A DNA stretch of 64,000 nucleotides, taken from positions 130,919,738 to 130,983,737 of the forward strand of contig NC_052160.1 of assembly GCF_902713615.1 (NCBI RefSeq), read 5' to 3'. A model generated the notes under the pieces. That model was given only the letters and a program-made list of their open reading frames with translations. It was not told where the DNA came from and searched no databases. The DNA is from Scyliorhinus canicula (taxonomy: Eukaryota). Shown in pieces: positions 23,871 through 36,117 of the stretch (its first letter is position 1; each line of letters opens with the position of its first letter). The translations under genes and the position numbers were made by a program.

Positions 23871-24469
23871 TAGCCAATCCTTCCCCTTTTCTCATTCTAA
23901 CTGCCCATCACCACTGGATAGAGTTCAGACTTGGGAACCCTGGCAAAAGGTGCCCCGTCGTAATAGATTAAGGATGAAATATGAGGTCTTCCTATTGGAG
24001 CAAAGGAATAAGAAGAGGCCATTTAACCTCATGTCTGTCCTGTCATTCACTGAGATTGTGTCTGATCTGCAGATCAAGTGCATCTACTCACATTTGCTCC
24101 ATATCCCTTGCTCCCTATTGTATATTTTATATATATGATTTGCCTCAGAGCAATACATAGATGACTCTCGTTTCTAAGGTTTATTTACAAAAGTTTAAAC
24201 ATTTCTCTGCGATCACAAGGTGTCTGCAATTAAGCTTGCAGTTCAGCTTCTAATAGTTCCTGTGGCTTTGGTTTAATTTGCTCTGTGTCCACACCCAGAC
24301 TCAGATAATCAAACACAGAAAAATTGAACCATTGAACAGTACAATACCATTACCCAACAAAAATCTATCCACTTCGGTCTTGAACCATTTCAACTGACCT
24401 CCAGCATCCATGTTTTTTTGTGGAAGAAGTTCTAGATGTTCGCTACCATTTTAGAGTAATTTTGATGTT

Positions 24470-24685
24470 GCAACGATGTGCCGGTTAGGTGGATTGGCCA
24501 TGTTAAAATTTCCCCTTAGTTTCCAGGGATGTGCAGGTTAGGTGGGGTTATGGGGTTAAGGGGATAGGACGGGGGGTGGGGGGTGGGGGGTGGGGGGGAG
24601 AAGGCCTAGGCAGGGTGCTCTTTCAGACAGTCGGTGTGGACTAGATGGGCTGAATGGCCTCCTTCTGCACTGTAGGAATTCTGTA
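24470..24685 (+). mobile_element. HE1-type SINE 3' half
   Basis: gttaggtggattggccatg unit and CR1-like tail. Confidence 0.85.
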
Positions 24686-25353
24686 GTTTAGTGCTTCAGT
24701 TGAATGTCAGACCTGACACCAATTAGACACCTTTCTCAAGGCAGGAGAGATATATAACAGGTGGCTGAATAAATATTGCCCATTTTATATGATAAATCAA
24801 AGTTAAAAAAAGTTTCAGGATTTCACTCCCAACAGGCCAAGCTACAATTTTGAGATTGCCCATTTTATTTTATATTTCTGATGTGCAGAATACCCACAGC
24901 TGCCTCTTGCACTGTGTGAATCTATGCTGCAGTAACCCTGGGTCTTTGATGAAGTTCCTCAATTATTTTGTAATTAACTTTTGATTTACCAAGAACCCAA
25001 ACCTATCTACCAGAAGTGTGACGGAATTATCTTCAAAGATAAAACCTCTTGTTATCCCTTCTCACAGATCCACATGACTTGAAAATTGTCAGAATTATTC
25101 ATGTCTAACCTCCGGCAATCTGTGATCAGAAGTGTTACGGAATTTGGACTTACATTCTTCAGAAGGGAGAAGATGTTTTCTTACTTTGGCAAGGGAGTTG
25201 TGCCATTAGGAGGTTGTATTGGAAGGTCGGGCACGGCTTGTACATGCTTTTCTACCCTTTCAGCTTTCTGGCTCTTGGCTTAGTTCAAGACGTCCCCTGG
25301 ATTTGATAGTGGGGGCCAGATTCGATCAGCGGAGCTGGATTCCGCCCAGTAAA

Positions 25354-25387
<34 letters not shown>

Positions 25388-25656
25388 GTATGCAGAGTGC
25401 ATCGAGTTCTGATTGCTGAACGCAGCATCTCCACGGCCATTGAAAACATTTCCTTTGGTAAGGCCACACTTGGAGCACTGTGTTCAGTTTAGATCTCCTA
25501 ACCTAAGGAAAGACATACTTAGCTAAGGTGGAATGCAACAAAGGGTTCACTACATCGGTTCTTGAGATGAGGGGATTGCCTTATGAGGAGAGATTGAGTA
25601 GAGTAAGTTCCCTCGAGTTTAGAAGAATGAGAGGAGTTTTAATTGGAACATATAAA

Positions 25657-27417
25657 AGGATGGAATCGTCGGTACTCGCTGCCAGTAGCAGGGTTTGCGA
25701 TCCAGCGGAGAATCAGGCTCAAAACGGATTTGGAGCCGAGAGCCAGACTTGTTGAGATGCTCTTCTGTCCCACCGGCCATGTCCCTCAATGTCCAGCCAA
25801 TGTTTGTGATGTCCTCAGCCAAGAGCCTTTGTGACTGGGCCAAGCTCTGGAGCGCCACAGCAATGTCCATCTGTGCCTGGGGCATGTCCACCTGTGCCTG
25901 GGACATCCTGACACATGGCTCTGATATCTTGCCCCAGGCCTTCCACTGCGGCTGCCAGCCTTTCAGTGTTGGCCTGGATGCTATGCATTGTCGGCAACAT
26001 CTCCTGCGCCTGAAGGATGGTGCACTCCTCCAGCTGACCCTGCAGGTGCTGGTATGTCACTGACACTCCCTCCTGTAGATTCTGGCCTAGAGTGTGCATC
26101 TGCATGAATGCTGGGATCACCTTTTCCAGAAGCCCAACATCTGTCTGGACAACAGCTGTTCTCCAGGATCGGGCAGCCCATCGACCCGTCCGCTCCCTCG
26201 GGAATCCTGCCTCCATCTGATGCGTCGCAGCATGTGTGTGTGGTGCTCACCAGAGGATGATCCAATGACCCTGACCGCTACCATTACCCTGAGGTGACAG
26301 TCTCTGTGATGGTGGATGGTGCAGGTGACAGCGGTGCCAAAATTTCTGTGTCATCCCGGGAGTTGTGCTTCGGGATGTCTTGAGGGTCTCGCTGGGGAGC
26401 AGCGATCCCAGACAACCTGGCCTTGTCAGATGGTGATCCTGCAAGACAAAAGCCAAGGGTTGAGGTCTTGGAAAGGACAGGTTTATGGGAGATGATAGAC
26501 TCATTTGCTACAGGGTATCTGGGCTGCATTGACCTCTCAATTCCTTGGCTCATGCTGAACTCCATTCCAACCACCGCCCTCTTCTCTACCTCCCCGGAGA
26601 TTTGGAGTGCTCGTTCTTCAAACTGTTGTGGACCCATAGGTCGAGGATGCCCTCTCCATTCTTCTCCCGTTCCTGGCGTTTTGGGCTTTTTTATCCTTGG
26701 GGACACCGAAAGGACATATTGAGATGCTGGGTTGTCAGTTTGATGGGAGCTTTGTAGCTGTTGGCATTGGTGTGCAAGGCTCCTAGCCAAGGACGGCAAT
26801 ACATTATTGGGGGTTCATGGAGAGAAATGCAGGCAGGTGGGATGGTATTAGCTTCCAGGGGACTGGGGGCTGGTGTGAGGGGTGAGGGACAGGAGTGATG
26901 CCAGGGGAACAGAGTTGGTTACTCACTTGAGTTTCGTAAAGGAGGTCGTTGACCTTTTTATGGTATTACGTTGCCGGTCCTCTTGGTTACGCCGGCAGCA
27001 TCGATGGTCTGTGCACGTCATCCCAAGCCTGATTGAGAAGGCCTGGCTTGGGTCTCCGCCCCACCCTGGGGAACAGGGTGACCCCCCTCTCCTTGATAGC
27101 AGCCAGCAGTGTATCGATGTCGGCATCCAATAAACGAGGTGCAGCTCTTCTAGTCGCCATCTTCTTGCTGGAATGAGGAGTGGTGTGAGTGGAGCACTTA
27201 CCCCGCTGCTCCAGCGTCTCAAGCTCGAAGGGCTAATCCCACCCCCAGCGAATCTGATGTCAGAGGGGCCGGGAAACGCGTGGCCTGCACGTTGCCCATG
27301 TGCTGGCAATTTTCATGTCCTGAATAGCTCGTCGCCGGCGTTTCCAGCGGCAGTGTGCATTTCGAACGTTCCTCTACCGACGAGAGAACCTAGCATCTCG
27401 GACGAAGAGTCCTGCCC
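25657..27417 (-). mobile_element. Non-autonomous PIF/Harbinger element retaining its Myb-like gene
   Basis: Degenerate TIRs aggatggaatcgtcgg / gaagagtcctgccc; TSD AAA; internal Myb/SANT exons; no transposase recognised. Confidence 0.82.
25760..27160 (-). pseudogene. Harbinger Myb/SANT-like DNA-binding protein (NAIF1/MSANTD-like), three exons, frameshifted
   Basis: Exon 1 (27160-26927) reads MATRRAAPRLLDADIDTLLAAIKERGVTLFPRVGRRPKPGLLNQAWDDV..HKKVNDLL then GTGAGT. Exon 2 (about 26695-26534) reads DKKAQNAR..QFEERALQI. Exon 3 (from 26438) is Ser/Pro-rich then coiled-coil. Confidence 0.85.
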
Positions 27418-28456
27418 AAATTTCTTAACAGGCTTGACAGATTAGAGGCTGAGAAAACATTTCCTCCCACTGGGGAGTTCTGTTCACAAGATAGTCTTAA
27501 CTGGGGTCTGTCATTTAGCATTGAGATGAGGAGAAATTTCTTTACTCAAAGGGTTGTATATTTTTAAAATTCTCCATCCCAGTAAGCTGGGAATGCTCAA
27601 TCATTGAGCATATTTGAGGCAGAGGCCAGTCGATGTTTGGTTAGAGGGACTTGGGGAATGTGAGGGGCAGTGCTGGAAGGTGGAAATCAGGTAGACTACC
27701 AGCCATGACCTTGTTGAATAGAGGAGCAGTCTCAAGGGGCCGAGTGGCCTAATGCTGCTCATGTTGCTTAGATTCTTGTGTTCTATGTTTCGTGGTGTGT
27801 TGCAGGTTACTATGGTGGATTCCAGTTGAAGAGATTGCTTGCCTGTGTCACATGAAAGGGATTTCAATGGGCCTTATCATTCAAAGTGCGACAAAACTGT
27901 GGAATAAATGCTCGTAAGGTAATTGAAGGAGGCCGTAACATAGATTCAAGGGAAAATACTTTTTCGCTAGAATATCAAAGGAGTTATGGGCCGACCTCAC
28001 AAATCCTAGTTCCAAAGTACAATAAGAGGAAATCGCACTCTGAAAAGGGCAGACGAGTCTCTGTCGATGAGAGGACAAAAAATGGCAGCTTTGTGCATTA
28101 AGGGCTTTTCTGAGTCTGGGCCTGAAGCACATTGGTGAGGCAGAGTAGAACTAGTTTTACTCATCCGAATCATAATTTGATACAACACAGAATTGGGTCA
28201 TTCAGCCCACCCTTGAAAGAGCATTCCAATCGATCCCACTCCTCTGCACCAATATCCTTGAACAAACGCTGGCTACACCTGACGTGGGAGGGCTGATAGG
28301 CCTACTAGTCAGAAAGAAGAGAAAAATGTTTTATCACCTACCTTCTAAAACTCTGCCCGATCACTCTGGAACCTCTCTCGTAAGCAAGACAAGTCACGTC
28401 AGTGGAACCCAAGCTACTCCTTAACATCTTAAAAGAAGAATCCATTAACTGCAAAT

Positions 28457-28793
28457 CCATAGAATCCCTACAGTGCAGAAGGAGGCCATTCAGTCCATTG
28501 AGTGTGCACTGACCCGCTGACTGTGCACTCTACCTATGCCCTTTCTATCGCCCTATCCCTATAACTCCACCCAGCCTGCACATCCTTGGACATTAAGGAG
28601 CAATTTAGCATGGTCAATCCACCTAACCTGCATGTCTTTGGATTTTGGACTGTGGAGGAAACCGGAGCACCCGGAGGAAACCCACGCAGAGACTGGGAGA
28701 ACGTGTAGACTCCACACAGACAGTCACCCAAGGCTGGAATTGAACTCAGGTCCCTGCCTCTGTGAGGCAACAGTGCTAACCGCTGTGCCACGT
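28457..28793 (-). mobile_element. HE1-type V-SINE
   Basis: Head, V-domain and tail are all recognisable. Confidence 0.9.
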
Positions 28794-28802
28794 GAACCCT
28801 TA

Positions 28803-29295
28803 GGCGGGCTTTTGCCAATATGTTTGAGGTCTTGAAATGCGTGTCAGTAACTCAGGTGGGCAGTCGGTGAGATCTCTATCCTGATTTTACGGGGAGCAGT
28901 TCATTCAGGTGTCTGCTGCCACAAGTACGATTCTTCGCAAGATGAACCCTGAAGGTTTCCAGCCCAGCAGAGGACAGGCAGCTCACCAGCGCCACCAGAT
29001 GCCCGTGGCCACTGCCGAGGCATGCAGGGGACCTGCAGCATTGAGGAGGGATGCAGAAAGAAAAAGAATAAAAAATAAATGTTCAGGTGCACAAGGGACA
29101 CCCTTCCGAGGAAATCGCTGGGATGGCGAGGCTGTGTTCCTTGCCCGTGGAGCTCTTTGTGGTTCTAAAAACACAGTAGCCTGCCCCTTAGCCCCCAATC
29201 TGCTGGTGGTATGGCTTGGGTGTGGGGATGGGGGGGGGGGGGGGCAGGGTCGATCCTTGAAAATGCCTCCAGTGGGCTGGTAAAATTCTCCTGCT
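28803..29295. mobile_element. Old MITE-like element
   Basis: Degenerate ends ggcgggcttttgcc / ggtaaaattctcc with an internal G-run. Confidence 0.4.
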
Positions 29296-29569
29296 TTCCT
29301 TTTGAGAGTCTTTTACATAAACGGAGGATGCAAAAAGGTTTGAAAGTGTTCGTCAGGAAACTTCTTTCCTGAGCGCATTAAAGTAATTAAAATCAGTGAA
29401 AAATTATTCAGTACTAATGGGCTTTCATCACTTCAGTAGATAAATAATACATTGGTTTAGTCGCACAATACAGACTTCATTTAATTATTAACAGAGGTGA
29501 GGAAGTTTGCTGTTTTTCCTCCTGCATTAATACGGGGCATTATATAATTTAGTAACTAATTAAATGCCA

Positions 29570-29980
29570 GACTTAGTGCAACGCACAACAATTTCACCTC
29601 TGAGTTGGAAGGTTATGGGTTCTCTGCGTGACTTCAGAAACCTTGAGAGCGAGATATAGGCTGATGCCTCCAGTGCACGACTGAGGGAATGCTGCACTGT
29701 CAGAGGTGCCACCTTATAAAAGGGATGTTAAACCGAGACCTTGTCTGCCTTCTGAGGGAGACGTAAAAGATTCCAAGGCTGCATTTCAAAGAAGAGCAGG
29801 ACTGTTTTGCATGATATCCGGGTCAATATTTGTTCCTCAACCAACATCAGTCATTATTACATTGCTATCTGTGGGAGCTTGCTGTGCGAATATCGGTTAC
29901 TGGGCTACCTACTATGCAACAGTAACTCGACTTCAGAAAGTACTTTGTTGGACTTCCCTGAGGCCGATAAAGGTGCTCTC
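29570..29980 (+). mobile_element. SacSINE1-like DeuSINE
   Basis: Deu-domain cagtgca.gactgaggga.tgctgcactgtcagaggtgcc...ttaaaccgag...gacgtaaaagat. Confidence 0.85.
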
Positions 29981-30756
29981 TCTTCCCCAGAAAATAGTGG
30001 AGGCAGGGTCATTGCATATTTTTAGATAGATTCCTGACCATCAAGGGAGTCAAAGGTGATATGGGGCGAGGGTGGAGTTGGGGGTCACGGTCAGCACAGC
30101 CAAGATCTTCTTCAATGGTGGCGCTGGTTTGAGGGGCAAAATGGTCAATTCCTGCTCCTAATTTGTACGTTTGTAACTAAATTCAAGTATTTCTTCTCAG
30201 TTGGGAATCGTTCAACTTGCCTTAAAACCGATGTTGTGAATCGGCGCCCATAACAGAAACCGCCTGTTTTTTTAGCGCCATTCTATAATGTCAGTTTGAC
30301 GCACTGCTGCCAAGTTAATATCCTGCAGCAGCCATTTACTAAGATTGTTTCATCAAGTTACATTGAGTGAATAGCCTTTCGGACCAATTGGTCTATTCAT
30401 GCTCCAGAAGATGCCTCCTCTCACCTTATTTCATTGCACCCTATTGGCACATTCTTCTACTCCACTGTCTCAAAATTGTTCATCTGGGCCCCCTGAAATG
30501 CCTCAGTGCGAGTCACCTCAGGCATTCCTTGTGGTCGTGAGTTCCACATTCTCGCTACTCTTTGATAAAGAAGTTTATCCTGAAATCCCCATTATATTTA
30601 TTTGTATATTTATATTTATAGCTAACATTTATGAACTTTAGTTTTGAATTAGACTGGGTTCTTATCCTTTGGAGCTGATGCGAGTTGGGGACGGCAGATG
30701 GTTGCTTGGGATAAAGGTGCTGGATTTTATGTCTATGTTTTTATTTTCAGTGCTTA

Positions 30757-31010
30757 AGAAGGAGTGTTAGGACTGGGTTAGGTTTTAAAGCTCAACGTGT
30801 CGTTTTGTGCAGCTTGGAGCTAAGGAGGGTAAACAGGGTTGAGGTACTGTGCTGTTCAACTAGTTTGTGTTTGATTGTGTGAGTCTGGTTACTTTTGATG
30901 CTAACTGTGCTTGACTGGGTGTGGACTCAGAGTAAACCAGCTGCGAAAAGAGCTGGAAGCTAGAGCTGAATCAGGAAGTAGACATTTTAAGTAGACATGA
31001 TAAAGTTTTG
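30757..31010 (+). mobile_element. LTR fragment preceded by a purine tract
   Basis: aagaaggag precedes TGTTAGG; the block tgtgtttgatt..tgagtctgg..ctgggtgtggac is also on the minus strand at about 24140-24345. Confidence 0.45.
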
Positions 31011-31404
31011 GCAAATAGAATTCCTCCACACATGGAAACTAGTGTCATCTCTGCATGGATCTGACATAAAATGTGTAACAGGTACAGATTAGCTACAATC
31101 GAAGTGGACAGTGGAACAGCCTCAAGTTCTAAATGGTAGGACAAGCTTGGGGGCTGAGTGGCTTATCCCTCTTCCTATATTGCGATGAAAGACAGTGATG
31201 GTTTCTAGTTTAAGATACTGAAGCTGATTTTATCCACTAATCGTTACAGTAAATAATCCCTCTCTTATTATCCTCAACGGACTCTAAAGTATTTTGGCAC
31301 CGCACTGCCTCCCAAAAATAGACAAAGGATTCAGGAAACATCCCAAAAGTGAGAAGAATTATATAGAATGCACAGTGCAGAAATCGGCCATTCAGTCCAA
31401 TCAC

Positions 31405-31727
31405 TCCACAGTGGTTAGCACAGTTGCTTCACAGCTCCAGCGACCCAGGTTCGATTCTCGGCTTGGGTCACTGTCTGCACGTTCTCACCCTGGCTGTGCG
31501 GGTTTCCTCTGGACACTCCAGTTTCCTCCCACACTCCAAAGATGTGTAGGTTAGGTGGATTGGCCACGCTGAATTGTCCCTTAGTATCCAAAAAGGTTAG
31601 GTGGGGTTACTGGGTTATGTGGATGGAGTGGAGGTGTGGGCTTATGCGGGGAGCTCTTTCCAAGTGCCGTTGCAGACCCGTTGGGCAGAACGGTCTCCTT
31701 CTGCACTGCAAATTCTGTGATTCTATA
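31405..31727 (+). mobile_element. HE1-type V-SINE
   Basis: Head, V-domain and tail. Confidence 0.88.
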
Positions 31728-31744
31728 CTGTCACAAGCTTAGTA

Positions 31745-32095
31745 AAAGAGAAGTCCAGGCTAATGCTCTGGGGACATGTGTTCAAATCCCACCAAGGCCA
31801 CTGGTGGAATTTAAATTCAATGAATAAATCTGGAATTGAAAGCTATCCTCAGTAACGGTGACCGTGGCAACTATCATTGAATGTAAATTTGAACCCATCT
31901 GGTTCACTACCGTCCTTTAGGTAGGAGGAAATCTGCTGCCCGTAACCTGGGCTGGCCGATATGTGACTCCGAGCCCACAGCAACGCGGTTGACTCTTAAA
32001 TGCCCTCTGAAACGGGCCAGAAAACCACTCAGTTCAAGGGCACTTTGGGATGGGCACCAAATTGTGGCTTTGCAAGAGACACCCGCATCCCATGG
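31745..32095 (+). mobile_element. MetaSINE-type SINE, near full length
   Basis: B-box gttcaaatccc, conserved core and LINE-derived tail. Confidence 0.82.
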
Positions 32096-32719
32096 AAGGG
32101 GAAAATAAAAGCAGTCCCACGTTTTAAGCATTCCCTGTGCGGAGAAATGTCTCCTAAATTCCTCATTGGGATTATTATCGACGATCGCAAATTTATGGCC
32201 CGGAGTGTTTTGGTCTCCTTCACAAGTGGAAATATCTTCTCTAAGTCGAACGTATTAAACGATGACATAAATAGCTTCCAGCAAATAAAATCTTCTCAGC
32301 CCTTGTCACTCGATGTTGTTTTTGTAGTGACCTGATTTTTGACTGTTAAAGGCTTACCGATCATGGTGTATAGTTTGCCTTTCTGTGATGTAGGGATCTG
32401 GTCTCTTCCGTTGCACTGATAATGAAATGTGAAGGGTAAGATTTATGTAAATGATAACCTAGTTTCTATTTTTGGCTGCAGCCGTTTATGGGTGTGACAA
32501 AGGAACGCTTATATATCCAGTAATCCAACCGGGGCAGATGCATTGCCGGTGATTCGAGACGTTCAGCCTGCATTTTTGGGTTAAAACGAAAAGAAAAAAA
32601 AATACTTCAATCCACTTCTGATGAGCCAGATGATGAGGGTCAAGCCACTAAGCGATTCATCTCACTGAAGAGATTAAACAGCCAAAACCAGCCTGGAACA
32701 GTTCCCAGAGAAATTAGAA

Positions 32720-32955
32720 CCTGTTGCTATGACGGCGGGATTATGGGTAGGGGAGGGGGGAGGTCGGGGGTTGGGGTCAATTTTCTTCAGAGGCCCAATG
32801 ACCCCACGAATCTGGGATCTTTCTGGTTAACAATTCTGGTCTATTTATAACAACTGGACAGCTTGCCATAGTTTCTATGGCAATGACCAGTGGGCCCTGC
32901 TGTGATTATCGGTTGCCTTGGAAACTGTGGCCTGCCAGTCCAGTGCTAAAAATAG
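32720..32955. promoter_or_regulatory. Candidate enhancer: RFX X-box and MEF2 motif cluster
   Basis: MEF2 CTATTTATAA at 32841 and CTAAAAATAG at 32946; X-boxes GTTTCTATGGCAAT at 32871 and GTTGCCTTGGAAAC at 32912; half-site GTTGCTATG at 32723. Confidence 0.5.
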
Positions 32956-33226
32956 ATAAAAGGTGCATTTATTTTTTTTTTTGATTCCCCTCCCCCCACC
33001 GTGTTGACATTTCACTGCGCACCACTCTAATTAGTAATTTATTTGCTCATGGTCCCAATGTCCAATTCCTGCCCGAATTAAGAGAATCTCACAGCTTCTG
33101 AGCACAAAGTCTCAACTGTTGTTTGTCCGCTTGTGAAACCTGTTAGATGCCGACAGGTTCAGTGGCAGTTAACCCGCGATTGCTGTGATAGGTTTTCCTT
33201 ACTTGAGTCGCCAACTCTCTCCTGGA

Positions 33227-33566
33227 GGGGCTGGTTTTGCACACGGGTCTAAATAGCTGGCTTTTAAACCAGACCAAGGCAGGCCAGCAGCACGGTTCAA
33301 TTCCCGTACCAGCCTCCCCGAACAGGCGCCGGAATGTGGCGACTAGGGGGCTTTTCACAGTAACTTCAATGAAGCCTACTTGTAGGGGCCGGTTTAGCAC
33401 AGGGCTAAATCGCTGGCTTTGGATGCAGACCAAGGCAGGCCAGCAGCACGGTTCAATTCCCGTACCAGCCTCCCCGAACAGGCGCCGGAATGTGGCGACT
33501 AGGGGCTTTTCACAGTAACTTCATTGAAGCCTACTTGTGACAATAAGCGATTTTCATTTCATTTCA
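33227..33566 (+). mobile_element. Head-to-tail dimer of the short tRNA SINE (33227-33383, 33385-33566)
   Basis: Two near-identical units; only the second has the (TTTCA)n end. Confidence 0.93.
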
Positions 33567-34091
33567 GTTCCGGCGTTGCCATGGAGAGTCTTATTAAAAG
33601 ATTACTCTGCTGGGCAAGGATGGTTGAGGAATTGAAAATAAGAAAGTTTTCTTTGAACGCTTTTATTGATTGCTAATGCAACTACCGGAGCAAGGCGCCA
33701 TTTTATTGGCTGGATCAGCTAAGTGGTGAAACTAGGGCTGTCGATCCTGTGGGATTGGCCTGGAGTCTCCATTTTGGGGGGGGAAACTATCCTCCTGAAC
33801 ACCACTGTAAGCGACTCAATAGTTAGAAAACTTGGCAATGGCAAATTCATTTTTAGGACTGAGATTCAGTTGGATCAATTAAAAGTCTTTCCGCTTTCCA
33901 GTTGATCGTGTGAGGAAAGGGCATCCGTGGGTACGGGGGGCCAATGGTGATGACTATTGTGGGTTGTGGTTGGAGGCGATGAAACCTCCAAGAACGCGTC
34001 CATCTAGAACGAGCAACCCGTATGTGTTGTGATAGGGTGCAGGAATGTCGAAGAGAAGCCTGGACCACGGGAGGTGCCAATGTAGTAAATG

Positions 34092-34457
34092 ATCAAAGAA
34101 TCGCTACAGTGCAGGAGGAGGCCATTCAGCCCATCGAGTCTGCACGACCCTCTTTCAAAGAACACCCTACCTAAGTCCACAACCCACCCTATCCCCATAA
34201 CCGAATTACCCCACGTAACTTTTAAAATACTGTGGGTAATTTAGCATGGCCAATCCATCCATATCTTTGGGCAGTGGGAGGAAACCGGAGCACCCGGAGG
34301 AAACCCACGCAGACACAAGGAGAACGTACAAACTCCACACAGACAGTGATCCAAGGTGGGAATTAGACTCGGGTGTCTGGGTTTTTGAACGGAGTGAGAA
34401 TTTTTCATTTGGCGCTGTGAGACAGCAGTGCTAACCACTGTGCCACCGTGCTGTCCC
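34092..34457 (-). mobile_element. HE1-type V-SINE with a small insertion in the head
   Basis: Complete element plus extra sequence at about 34375-34410. Confidence 0.9.
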
Positions 34458-34679
34458 AATGGACGATTAAAATTTTAAAAAGGGTTCACAGCGTCAAGAT
34501 TGTTGCCGAAAGGGAAGCGTGAAAGGGGCAAGCCGTCTGACCCTTTGAGGACATGGGCATAAGTCCGAGTGAAGAGAGAAGTTTGATTTATAGCACCTTT
34601 CACAGGATACCCCAAAGTGTTTTACAGCCAATGAAACACAATGGAAGCCTAGTACTCGAGGCAGCATAGTAACCAATTA

Positions 34680-35010
34680 GCGGAGATGGTGGCACATTTG
34701 AATTGTCACTAGAGCACTGATAGATCCAGGCTAATGCCCCCACAGGGACATGAGTTCAAATCCCACCACGGCAGCCTGTGGAATTTTAAAGATTAAACTA
34801 CTAACTCCGGAAAACTTGAAAATTGGTCTCAGCTATGGTGATCATGAAACTATAATTGTTGTCATTAACATCCATCTGCTTCACAAATGTCCTGTTTCCA
34901 GTGGGAGGGGTAAGGGCGGAGATGAGGGATGGTGGAACCTGCCGCGTTTACCTGGTCCAGCCTACATGTGACTCCAGACCCACAGCGACGCAGTGAGCTA
35001 TCCTCTGAAA
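34680..35010 (+). mobile_element. MetaSINE-type SINE
   Basis: Head ggagatggtggc..gagttcaaatcccacc and conserved core. Confidence 0.75.
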
Positions 35011-35044
35011 GGACTTTTTTTTTTCCTCTTTCTTTCATGGGATG

Positions 35045-35651
35045 TGTTATGGGTCAGGGTTTAGAGAACCCCAAAGTGTATCATGGAGTTCACCTGACCC
35101 ACAACTTTTAATAGATTGTGATATGGCGAGCACACGGCCCACTCTGCAGGTGTGGTACAGCAGAAATGGAAAAGTATTTTTTAAAGCAAAACAGTGTTTA
35201 TTCTATGAACTCAAGTTAACCTTTTTAAAACATACAGTGAACATCTTAGCAACCATTAATTCAAATACAACCCCCAAAGAATACATCACTAAGTAATCAT
35301 TTAAGCTTTCCTTTTTAACATCCATAAGACTTAAAACACCTTTTACCAGAAGTACACCAGGTTAAAGTCACTACTCAAAACAGTTATAATTCTGAATTCA
35401 CCAAATGATCAAGAGAGAATAGAGTACACCTGCTTGGTCTGGCTTCAGCTCCAACACAGAAAACAAAACTAAAACACACCCTGCAGCCTGCTCAAAAACG
35501 AAAGTAAAAAACTGACAGGCAGCCCAGCACCAGCAACTCTCTAACATCACTGCAGTAGTAAACACCCTTTCTTAAAGGTACCCTCACTACAGATATTTAT
35601 ATGCACACCCATTTATAAACACCCAATTCTGAAAGGTACTCTCAGATGACA
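35045..35651 (-). mobile_element. Solo LTR (607 bp) inserted in a SINE tail
   Basis: TGTTAT...ATGACA termini; perfect 4-bp TSD GATG. Confidence 0.92.
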
Positions 35652-36075
35652 GATGGCCAGCATTTATTGCCCATCCCTAATTGTCCTTGAGGGGCAGTTA
35701 AGAGTCAACCACAATGCTGTCTGGATGTGGGGCATCGGAGACTGTGCCAGAATTTATTGCCCACCCTTAATTGCCCTTTTCCCTTGAGGAGGCAGTCAAG
35801 AGTCAACCACATTGCTGTGGGTCTGGAGTCACTTGTCGGCTAGAGCAGTTAAGGACAGGTGATTTCCTTCCCTAAAGGACATTAGTGAACCAGATTGGTT
35901 TTTACAACAATGGGCAATTGTTTAATGGTCATCTTGTACTCTTAATTCCAGATTTTCATTGAATTCAAATTTCACCATCTGCCTGGGTGAGATTCCAACC
36001 TGCATCCCCAGAGCAGTATTCTGGGTTTCTGGATTATCAGTACATTAATAATACCGCTATGCCACCGCCTTCCCC
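35652..36075 (-). mobile_element. MetaSINE-type SINE with duplicated tail segment
   Basis: Reverse-complement core ttccttccctaaaggacattagtgaaccagat; tail block appears at about 35655-35720 and again at about 35750-35820. Confidence 0.82.
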
Positions 36076-36117
36076 AGACACTCGGTTCAAGGGAAATGAG
36101 GGACGGACAACAAATGA

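Larger units (their letters stand above)
25455..27790 (+). mobile_element. CR1 3' fragment split by a Harbinger element
   Basis: EFRRMRGVLIGTYK before the insertion continues as FLNRLDRLEAEK after 27420. Confidence 0.8.

Noticed and set aside
25010-25145. 18-bp near-direct repeat cagaagtgtgacggaatt / cagaagtgttacggaatt
   Set aside because: Only two copies with no supporting structure; likely a small local duplication.
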